From the IMG/VR virus record IMGVR_UViG_3300020161_000762, positions 1 to 49,759 of that record: 49,759 nucleotides of DNA. One strand, 5' to 3'. The stretch comes from a virus. Lineage: Duplodnaviria; Caudoviricetes. Position numbers and translations under genes: made by a program. Under the pieces are notes generated by a model. The model saw only the letters and a list, made by a program, of their open reading frames with translations. It did not search any database and was not told the DNA's origin. Position 1 is the stretch's first letter, and the number at the start of each line of letters is the position of its first letter. Shown here one piece after another: positions 1 through 11,328 of the stretch.

Positions 1-3000
1 AACCAACCCGGTAGTCGTCCGTGTAGTCTGGTACCGCCGATGCGTTTGTTCCCGTGCCAATCAGGGCGCCGTTTAAAAACATGCGAAATGTGCTGCCGGA
101 TCGCGTAACGGCTAAGTGATACCAAATGTTTGGTGATATTACATCTGCAGGCCAAATATCTACAATAGTTGAACCACCAGATATAATAGCAAACTCCGGT
201 CTGCCTGCGGTGGTGTGCAGGTACAGACTCATCCAGTTAGTGCTGTTGGTTCCGTGGCTCCAAATTGGTCTGTTTGCACCGGTTGTGGCGGTGGGATATA
301 TGAACGCCTCAATAGTAAAGTCGCTAGAGCCAAACTCAAGCGTGGCGTTGTCCGCAATGCTCAAATAGTCCCCGGTGCCGTCGAAGTACATCGTCCCGCC
401 GTAGCTCGCCGCGGACCATGCCTGTGTGGGGATGAAGGGCGAGACGGGAGAGATCGCGGTGTTGCCATTGGGCACCTGTGCCGCGTTCAGGATGGAGTTG
501 TCCCGCACACGGTTGGACTGGCACGCGAGCGTCATCGTGCCCGGTATCGCGGTGAGTGGCGCGGTTGGGGGTGTGAAGTTGCCGGTGTACACCGCGCTGC
601 CGCGCACGAACCGCAGGTTGGAGATGTACCCGTAGAAGTACTCCCTGAGTGTGTTTGTTTGGGCGCCAATGACGGGGTTGTTGCCGTTGGAGGTGTTCAT
701 CACCGTGTCGGCGAAGCTGGTGCTCGCCGCGATCGTGCCGCCGGCTACTTTTAGGCCGTCCACGTACAGGCTTATGTTTGTCGCGCTGTCCCTGGTGACG
801 ACCACGTGGTGCCACTGGTTCAGACGTATCACCCCCGCCGGGGCTGATATTGTTGTTACTGCTTGGTTGGTGGCTCTGAGCGTGCAGTTAAACGTCCCCG
901 TTGAGCTCACTATGTACGGGTAAATAATATCAGTGACTGTCGTGTAGTAGTGCCAAATGCCCTGCGCCGTGGCGCTGGAGTTGACGGTGTAAATCCACGA
1001 CTCCCAGGTGAACAAGTTAGTGCCAATCCCGTACGTCAGCGCGGTTGGGGTTGTGGAGATGTAATCCCCGCTGCCGTCGAAGTACGTGGACCAGGCCTGC
1101 ACGGGCGGGGTGGTGTAGTTGATCGGGTTGTTGAAGGGGTTGTTCAGCGTGCCCGTGTACGAGTTTCCAAAGACTGTAATTGCGCGCGCACTTGGGGAGT
1201 TATCAATAAACGTGCTTGATTGGCAGGTAAGTAATTGGGTGTTTGTTATCGCGGTTAAAGGTGCGGTTGGCGGTGTAAAGTTTGAGGTGTACACCGCTGT
1301 GCCAACCACAGCCCTGAAGTTAGACATTTGCCCGTTAAATGCGTACTCTGGTGAACCACCCCACCGCCCGATGTAGTTAATGGTGCCCACATCTAAAAAA
1401 GCCCCGGATTGTGTGGCTTGGGTCATGGTCTGGGCCACGCCGTTTACATAAATTGTTACGGTGTTAACGTTTCTGACTAAGGCTATGTGGTACCACACAT
1501 TGCTCGCTAAAGAGAAAGGGCAGGATGCTATTGTTGCGGCGCTCCCTCCCATCTGAGCTTGTAGTGTTCCGTTGTTGTTGTAGGTCAGATACTTTGACGC
1601 GCTTCCGCCATCTTCACTTATAAACATACTTAAAGTAGACGGCACGGCGTTCCAGGAAACAAAAAACTCTATTGTAAAAGATGTTGAGGCCGGTATGTTT
1701 AGCTCCGGAAACGTCAGGTAGTCCCCCGTGCCGTCGAAGTACCCCGACCAGGCGGTCATGCCGAACGGGTTCGTTGGGAGGGGCTGCGCGTTGCCGTTTG
1801 CGGTGATCGCAAAGGCGTTCGTTGAGTTGTCGATGAACTGGCTGCTCTGGCAGGTGAGCAGTGAAGTGTTCGTGATTGCGGTTAGAGGGGTGGTTGGTAC
1901 GGTGAAAGTTGTGCCGTTTGGGTATAAACATGTCCCTTTTACAAGACGGTAATTACTAACATAGCCATTTAACCCTGTTGAGCCCGCAGCATTTTGCCAT
2001 GCTCCAAACAAATACAAATTGCGAACAGTGTTTTGCCAAATAGATGCGGCGCCAATAGATGCTGTTCCAACTTGAACTCCATTTATGTACAAGCGTATAT
2101 TGGTGCTATCTCTAACACAGGCTACGTGATACCACTGACCCGAGGATAAAGTAGTGGTAGCTATTGTCACTTGAGAAAAAATGTTCCAAGTGCCCGCTCC
2201 CGTATCGGCGTATAAGTACCAAGTGTTTCCCGCTTGAATTAAATTAAATGGCGAAACAATTGCAAGCCCGCTATCTTGAGCGTACCAAGAACAGCCGGTG
2301 TTGGCTCCTACAGAGCCGGTAGGTAGTGCATTATAATAAACCCAAAAATCAATAGTGAAATTGCCGGTTCCATTTATGTAAGATGCGTTCCCGGAAGCGG
2401 GCAAACTTAAATAATCGCCCGTGCCGTCAAAGTACCCCGAGTAGTACCCGTTCGCCTGGGTGGTGCCGCCGCCGAATGTGAACGGTGTGAAGTTGCCCTG
2501 GGTGGTGTTGCCGTTCCGGGTAACGGTGAAGTTGTTCGTGGAGCTGTCCAAGAAGGTGTTGTTCTGCGCTCCGTTCGTGCTGGTCGTGTCAACCAGCAGC
2601 GTGTTGTAGGGCCAGTACGGGAAGTCCTGCGCGGTGGTTTTGGGGTTCTGACCAAGGTCAACCGCGAGCGCGGCGCCGCTGAATGGCAGGTAGAAGCCGT
2701 TCGTTCCGCGGTTGCCCGCGTACTGCGCCGGGACGAGCTGCCCCGTGTTCGCGTCGGTCGCGGTGAAGGAGGACGGGGTGAGCGCCAGCCCGTCCACGAA
2801 GTTTATGTCTGCGAGGTAGCCAGAGAAGTACTCGCCAATGGTTGGTTGAAAACCAATCGCGTGTGAATAGCCTGATCCGTTAACAGATAGTTGTGCGTAT
2901 TGAGCAACGGTGGTTGCAGCTGTCAGTGTCTGCAACACGCCGTTAATGTAGATGCTTACTCTATTGACGGCTGTTGTCTGAGTGGTGTCAATAGCGACCA

Positions 3001-3369
3001 GCACATGGTACCACGCGGAGACATCCCTAAAAACCGCGGCGGTTGTGTAGTTTGATGTGGCGGTGGACGAACTATTTTGTGAATAAAACAAAAGCGTGTC
3101 GTTTGTTGCTAAACGAAAAATTGTTGATTCGTTTCCTGACCTGGCAGCAAAAAGATTTTGAAGGGTAGAGAGCCCACTCCTTTTAACCCAACCGCTCCAC
3201 GTCCAGGTTGTTCTACTGCCCTGTAAGGTTGGAATGTACGAGAAGTACGCGGTGTCCGCCGGGTTAAACCGCACGCTCGCGGATGCGTTGTACGTGGGCG
3301 CGGGCGCGGGGCCGAAGCCCGGCGATCCCACGCTCTGCGCGATCGTTCCTCCGCTTGGGTATACGGGCA

Positions 3370-3370
<1 letters not shown>
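1..3370 (-). CDS. Large receptor-binding/tail fibre protein with tandem LamG (concanavalin A-like) domains, >1120 aa, runs off the left edge
   Basis: Missing from the ORF track because it has no stop in the window. ATG at 3370 overlaps the upstream TAA (TAATG). Manual translation MPVYPSGGTIAQ... stays open to the window edge, with 4x YFDG(T/S)GDY and 5 W(Y/H)H...(L/I/M)(Y/F)xxG LamG-like cores. Confidence 0.85.
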
Positions 3371-6250
<2,880 letters not shown>

Positions 6251-6252
6251 TA

Positions 6253-6558
6253 CTAGCCCTGAACGCCGGACTGGACCACGGTGAGCGTGTCGCCCTCCGC
6301 GCCGCCACTCAGACGAATGGCACGGTAAGGCTGCCCAATAAAGCCGGCGGCGTTTGGGGAGGTTGTTGGGGCTGTAACCCAAGTGAAGGAGGCGGTAGTA
6401 AAGTCGCCGTTCACCACGGGGTACGGGTCGGTCAGCGAAACCTGAACCGTGCCAGATCCCGTCTTTGCGTACGATACGCTGAACGGGTTCTGGTACTGGT
6501 CAAGGACTACCGCTGACGTTGCACCACTAACACCCGCCGTCACTGTTGTTTGACGCAT
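6253..6558 (-). CDS. Small beta-rich virion protein
   Basis: 101 aa, Thr/Ser/Gly rich, GGAG RBS, lies in the structural operon. Confidence 0.65.
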   Translation of the reverse strand: MRQTTVTAGVSGATSAVVLDQYQNPFSVSYAKTGSGTVQVSLTDPYPVVNGDFTTASFTWVTAPTTSPNAAGFIGQPYRAIRLSGGAEGDTLTVVQSGVQG

Positions 6559-6572
6559 GGTGTTATCTCCAA

Positions 6573-7034
6573 TTAGTTGTTAGTGAAGCCTTCGCCCGTC
6601 GGGGTGATCGTGCCATCAGCGTTGCGGTCTGTGTAAACCACGGACAGAACGCCAGTCGAAGCTGCCTCAGATGCCAAGGTAACCGTAGCGTCTGATGTTC
6701 CAACGTTGGCTAGCCGGTTAGCAACAGCGGCCGAACCTGTTAGCGTGGCAGAGATCTGACCGAGCGCTGTGGTGGTGATCGTTCCGAGGGCTGTGGTTGT
6801 GCCACCGCCAACGATTGACACTGCGCGTGACGCTGCGCCAACTACGTTTAAGTAGGCGGTGATGCTGTGCACGATAGAGCCTGCGGGGATTACGATGGTT
6901 GCTGCGGCGCCTGCCACGATCGCTACCTGGCGTGAGCATACTGCCGCGCCGTAGTTGCTGGTGGAGATGGTGCCGTCGTTGCTGGTGGTTTGGCGTGTGC
7001 CAATCCGAATCGGACCGGTAAAAGTCGTTGACAT
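6573..7034 (-). CDS. Putative head decoration/structural protein
   Basis: Start MSTTFTGP with AAGGA RBS; directly downstream of the major capsid gene. Confidence 0.6.
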   Translation of the reverse strand: MSTTFTGPIRIGTRQTTSNDGTISTSNYGAAVCSRQVAIVAGAAATIVIPAGSIVHSITAYLNVVGAASRAVSIVGGGTTTALGTITTTALGQISATLTGSAAVANRLANVGTSDATVTLASEAASTGVLSVVYTDRNADGTITPTGEGFTNN

Positions 7035-7126
7035 GTTATTTCCTTGCTTAGAGGTCACCCCAATCCGTCGCTAAGCCGTCTGCCGGGAAGAGGTCGGCAG
7101 TCTGAGTGGGGCTGAATCTTCCTATG

Positions 7127-7140
7127 ACTACCTATGCACA
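7127..7140 (-). promoter_or_regulatory. Putative phage promoter motif TGTGCATAGGTAGT
   Basis: One of six near-identical motifs, each oriented toward a downstream gene. Confidence 0.5.
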
Positions 7141-7149
7141 AAATCCAAT

Positions 7150-7180
7150 AAAAAAGCCCCAGAGGATCACTCTGGGGCTC
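7150..7180 (-). terminator. Rho-independent terminator after the major capsid gene
   Basis: AGCCCCAGAG-tgatc-CTCTGGGGCT followed by a T-run on the - strand. Confidence 0.8.
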
Positions 7181-7198
7181 TTCTTGCTGCTGGACTGC

Positions 7199-8116
7199 TT
7201 AGACGCCTGCCGTGCCGTAGATGTTACGGGCATCGTGCCAGCCGGTCGCGTAGCGCTCGGTGGCCTTGTAGCGCATGGAGTCAGTCTCAAAGTCACCCTC
7301 CATGGATTTCTCCATGGGACGGCGCATTACGAGCATGAGACCATTCTCTGCGTCGGTCTGTACCCACCAGGCTTTGCTGGAGCTCAGACGGGTTACGACG
7401 TGCGTACCCTTCGGGAGCATTCCGGTTGACTTGATCGGGTTCAGATCGTTGTCAGCGGTTCCGGAGCGGAGAACAGACTTGAGGATGACCTCAGCCTGGA
7501 ACTCGAGCGCGGGAGGAACAACTAACTGCTCTGCCTTAAGGCGGATACGCTTGCCGTTGTTGTCAATCGCGGAGCGGATCTGAATAAGGATCTGCTCGAC
7601 CGAGGTCTGCGAGAGGTTGGCGGCGGTTGTGAGCGCGTTGCTGTAGGTCAGGCCGTTAGCGACCGGGTGAGCGGTGTTAACGAGCGTGACGCCATCGCCA
7701 CCGACATAGCCGGCTGTGAAGGCAAAGTTCAACAGGTTAGCGCAAAGCGTTTCCTTGGTCTCAATCATGGACTGAGCCAGGTGCTTGGCGAAGGTGCTGC
7801 CGATACGGATGTGATCGCCGTCTTCCATCAGTACTTTGGTCAGGGCATATGCCAGGCCATAGATCTGATAAATGAAACGGGTGATGTACAGCGTACCGCC
7901 CTGATCGTACGAAACAGGAGTTCCGTCGGGCATTGCGGGTGCTGCGTTCATGCCGTAAAGCATCACTTCTTCGTGATAGTTACGTGGAATACCTTGGATC
8001 TCGCTTACGAAACCCTTCCACTCGTCATCACGCTGCTTATAAACACCATCAAAGACTTCGTTGATAATCGGTTCGACTACCGCACGAAAGTCTGTACTAC
8101 GCATTGGGGTTGCCAT
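7199..8116 (-). CDS. Major capsid protein (HK97-like)
   Basis: 305 aa; LVVPPAL motif and DFETDSMRYKATERY..GW.D.R..YG C-terminus; position in head module; followed by a terminator. Confidence 0.85.
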   Translation of the reverse strand: MATPMRSTDFRAVVEPIINEVFDGVYKQRDDEWKGFVSEIQGIPRNYHEEVMLYGMNAAPAMPDGTPVSYDQGGTLYITRFIYQIYGLAYALTKVLMEDGDHIRIGSTFAKHLAQSMIETKETLCANLLNFAFTAGYVGGDGVTLVNTAHPVANGLTYSNALTTAANLSQTSVEQILIQIRSAIDNNGKRIRLKAEQLVVPPALEFQAEVILKSVLRSGTADNDLNPIKSTGMLPKGTHVVTRLSSSKAWWVQTDAENGLMLVMRRPMEKSMEGDFETDSMRYKATERYATGWHDARNIYGTAGV

Positions 8117-8139
8117 TGCTTAATCCTTTCTTTCGTTAA

Positions 8140-8802
8140 TTAGACCGAAGCGATCGGGTACACGAACGTGTTGTTCGCGATCTTGACTTGAAGAATCGTG
8201 TAAGTGTCACCCCAAGCGTTTAACTCGCCTGTGGGGTAAGCAACTTCACGGCCCAAACCGACAACACGGACCTGGCCTTGTACTGCTGGACCTGCTGCGG
8301 TGTCGTTCAGAGCGCAGGTTGAGAAGAACGCGCCACCGTTGCCGATGGATGTTCCGCTCGCGGGTGTTAGGTTCGCTGCGGTCTCAAAGTTGTACTGCTG
8401 ACCGATAGAAGCGGTCGTAGCAGAACCGTTCACCTGTGCCTCGTACACCATCTCAGGATCGGTGAAGATCCAAAATATGATGTCGGTGGATGCGTCCAAG
8501 GTTGCCTTGGATGCGCCCTTAGCCACAGAGCGACGTCCCTGGGAGTCGGTGAACTCCACGCCGTCAAATACGCCGTACACGGAGCCAGATGCGGCGGCCG
8601 ATGCGGCGATGGTCAATTGACCATTGGTTGTAAGCCCAACTGGCTGGAACTGGAAGAATGACTGTCCAGCGGTCAGCGAGTACGGTGCGGTGTACGTGGT
8701 GCCAGCGATGAAGCTGTTCGTGCCGACAAAAGGAGTCGCACGATCAAGACCGCTGGGGTGGTACACGGGCTTCAGACCAAAGGGTTTTAATGTCGTTGCC
8801 AT
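8140..8802 (-). CDS. Capsid-associated (cement/decoration-like) protein
   Basis: 220 aa starting PFGLKPV; immediately upstream of the major capsid gene. Confidence 0.6.
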   Translation of the reverse strand: MATTLKPFGLKPVYHPSGLDRATPFVGTNSFIAGTTYTAPYSLTAGQSFFQFQPVGLTTNGQLTIAASAAASGSVYGVFDGVEFTDSQGRRSVAKGASKATLDASTDIIFWIFTDPEMVYEAQVNGSATTASIGQQYNFETAANLTPASGTSIGNGGAFFSTCALNDTAAGPAVQGQVRVVGLGREVAYPTGELNAWGDTYTILQVKIANNTFVYPIASV

Positions 8803-8829
8803 TAGATTTCCTTTGTTTGTTGAAGAATG

Positions 8830-9381
8830 TTATTCAAAACGAATGTTCGTTCTGGCTTTTGCGGCCTCTTTTTCCATTTCCAGGATACCGCCTTCCAGGA
8901 TCGATCGTCCGCCCTTGGACTCTTGCGAGTTGCCACGAACCGCCGATGTGATGTTACGCTGGTGCTCCAGTGGATCTTCTAGGTGGAGCATCTTCATAAC
9001 TTCCTGGTAGACCTCTTCTGGTAATTTGAAGAGAACCATCTCGTTACAACTAACACAGCCTTCAAACTTGCCTGAACTCATCTTGCCCAGTGATTCAAAG
9101 CCATTGCCTAACTCCGCGGCTTTCACCGGCTCATAGCCTAGTGCTAATCGTTTGTCGATACTGTCGTACTGGTTCGTGGTGCTCAACCAGCACAGGTGAA
9201 ATCCAGGGATAGCATCCTTGGAGATCTCGGGCAACGCGCTATTTGCCCACTTATCACGAAAGGCCTCCAGCCTTTCTCTGCGCTCAATATCACCCGCGTT
9301 CGCGGTATTCCGTTCCTTGACTTCTTTGACGCGATCCTGAAGACGGTCATCTAAGTCACGCTTGATTCTTGTATTAGCCAT
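8830..9381 (-). CDS. Hypothetical head-module protein
   Basis: 183 aa ORF between scaffold and capsid genes. Confidence 0.65.
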   Translation of the reverse strand: MANTRIKRDLDDRLQDRVKEVKERNTANAGDIERRERLEAFRDKWANSALPEISKDAIPGFHLCWLSTTNQYDSIDKRLALGYEPVKAAELGNGFESLGKMSSGKFEGCVSCNEMVLFKLPEEVYQEVMKMLHLEDPLEHQRNITSAVRGNSQESKGGRSILEGGILEMEKEAAKARTNIRFE

Positions 9382-9384
9382 GTT

Positions 9385-10398
9385 TTACCCCTTGTTTTGT
9401 CTGTCGTACGACGCGTATGCTTTGATCATCTGGTTTCGCTTTGACGGGTCATCCCACGCCCCAGCGTCCTTGATCGCCTGAACCCTTTCACGTGAGAGCG
9501 TGAACGTCGTGCCGGATGGTCCTGCTCCCGGATTCGACGACCGTCCAGACGGTGCCGGGTTGGTGCGCTTTGACGCGCCCTTGGCCGCATACCTGTGAGG
9601 TAAACGTGATGCTAATCTGCTGTCCAGCTCGTCCCAGTACTCTGGGTCTGAGGGCTCCCACCCATCGGCGGCGAGCTCCTGGTCGATCACCTTGGCGATA
9701 CGGCTGTCCGTGTCCCGCCCCTGTGGATCGTACCACTTGTGTTTGTTCATCCAAGACTCTGCGTTCTCGCGCACGGACTCGGACACCGCGTCGGGAACGT
9801 TCTGCTTTGGCCTCTTCGCGTTCTCGATCTGCTGCTTCTTGTAGGCCTGCACCTGGGAGAGCCGGTTCTTTGACTCCTGTAGTAGCTCCAGGTACTCCAC
9901 CTGGGCCGCGGCGTCGTTCGACTGGGCGGCCTGTAACAGCTTCATCTTTGCGTACTCGACGCGGGTTGTCTCGTCGTCGATCGCCTTGTCCACCTGAGCG
10001 AACTGGAAAGAAGCCGCGGTGCTCTCCACCGCCGCCAACCTCCGGGCCAGCTCCTCGTTCCTGCGCTCAAGCGAGCTTATTTTATGTTTAGAAGACGCCT
10101 CACGCTGTTTGGCAAGCTCTTTCTTGAGCTTTCTCTCCTCTCGACGAGCCTCACGAATTCTTTCTCGGTCCTCGTCAGTTTCCCCATCGTCGCCTTTGGA
10201 AGAATCGTCAGCCGCCACGTTTGATTCGGAGTCGTCGTCTCCATCGTCGTCTTTATCGTCGGAATCAGCTCCGTCGTTGGACGCCTTCTCATTCTTTTTC
10301 TGATCTTCAAAGGGATCCTTGTCCTCTTCCACGGCGACCAGTACCGTGCCGTCCTCTTGCTCCCTGATCGGGAGATCCTTCTCGTCTTTCTCTGCCAT
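9385..10398 (-). CDS. Putative scaffolding protein
   Basis: Acidic N-terminus, long coiled coil, located between portal and capsid genes. Confidence 0.65.
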   Translation of the reverse strand: MAEKDEKDLPIREQEDGTVLVAVEEDKDPFEDQKKNEKASNDGADSDDKDDDGDDDSESNVAADDSSKGDDGETDEDRERIREARREERKLKKELAKQREASSKHKISSLERRNEELARRLAAVESTAASFQFAQVDKAIDDETTRVEYAKMKLLQAAQSNDAAAQVEYLELLQESKNRLSQVQAYKKQQIENAKRPKQNVPDAVSESVRENAESWMNKHKWYDPQGRDTDSRIAKVIDQELAADGWEPSDPEYWDELDSRLASRLPHRYAAKGASKRTNPAPSGRSSNPGAGPSGTTFTLSRERVQAIKDAGAWDDPSKRNQMIKAYASYDRQNKG

Positions 10399-10418
10399 GT
10401 TCCACTTTCTTCAAAGTT

Positions 10419-10859
10419 TTAGTCAACGAACGCCTTCATGCGCTGGGCGTGATCAAAGCTGCGGATCTTGGAGATGATCTCGCGCGCCTGTATGGTGATG
10501 AACACCACCGGTGCGCCCTCGTCCTCCGGGTTGACCACGAATCGGTCTCCGCCGTACTTGATCGTCCTCACAAGATCTCCGACGTTACACCAGGGACCCT
10601 CAGGCCATGGCTCTAACGTGTCCGGGCTCTTGTACGCCAGGGATCCGATCTGCTTGACCTTCGCAACCGTCTCGTTAAACCTGAGGGTTGCCTTGGTCTC
10701 ATCAACCAGAATGATCCCGCCCTTGCTCGTTGTCTTCTCGCGTCGTAGCTGCACCAGTACACGGTCGCCCGCGACGTCAATGCCAGGGTCTATGTCTGGG
10801 AAGCACTCCGCCTCCGTGCGTAGATCTGGCTCATCTCTCTGTACCACGTCAAATGCCAT
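10419..10859 (-). CDS. groES: GroES/Cpn10-like co-chaperonin
   Basis: GDRVLVQ...TTSKGGIIL mobile loop and VGDLV...KYGG motifs. Confidence 0.8.
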   Translation of the reverse strand: MAFDVVQRDEPDLRTEAECFPDIDPGIDVAGDRVLVQLRREKTTSKGGIILVDETKATLRFNETVAKVKQIGSLAYKSPDTLEPWPEGPWCNVGDLVRTIKYGGDRFVVNPEDEGAPVVFITIQAREIISKIRSFDHAQRMKAFVD

Positions 10860-10878
10860 TCGGCACTCCTTTCTTAGG

Positions 10879-11070
10879 CTATTCAGCCTCTTCAGTTTCG
10901 GACAGGATCAGGTTGATCTCGTCCAGGGCCCGTTGCAGGCCCTCCTTTTTACCGAGCAGGTTCTTGTACTGCTCGTGGTTGTGGATCCCAACGCCCGTAC
11001 AGAGCGTGGAGTCCACTAATCTGACCTCGTCGCCTACGCGACGGATAATTTCGGTTACTAGGTCCCGCAT
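10879..11070 (-). CDS. Hypothetical protein
   Basis: 63 aa helical ORF preceded by the promoter-like motif. Confidence 0.6.
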   Translation of the reverse strand: MRDLVTEIIRRVGDEVRLVDSTLCTGVGIHNHEQYKNLLGKKEGLQRALDEINLILSETEEAE

Positions 11071-11073
11071 ATA

Positions 11074-11087
11074 ACAACATATGCAAG
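11074..11087 (-). promoter_or_regulatory. Putative phage promoter motif CTTGCATATGTTGT
   Basis: Matches the six-copy consensus; 3 nt before the ATG at 11070. Confidence 0.45.
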
Positions 11088-11109
11088 GACTAGAGAAACT
11101 CCGCCCTTC

Positions 11110-11328
11110 TTAGTACAACGAACCGCTCGTGCCCTTCAGGTTGTTGTACGGACCGACCGGCTTGTTGTTAGCTACTTTAGCCTGTGCCGCGCCACGCTTC
11201 CAGTTGTTGTCGCGGTGCGAGCCCGACGCGCCAGCGTCTAGCCTCTTGTTGTCGGGGCCGCCGCCGCTCGATAGCTTACCGGTCTCCTGGTACGTCTGGC
11301 GAAATCCTTGTAGGTTTTTGTCTGCCAT
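11110..11328 (-). CDS. Small basic hypothetical protein
   Basis: 72 aa, abuts the portal stop, GGAG RBS. Confidence 0.55.
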   Translation of the reverse strand: MADKNLQGFRQTYQETGKLSSGGGPDNKRLDAGASGSHRDNNWKRGAAQAKVANNKPVGPYNNLKGTSGSLY

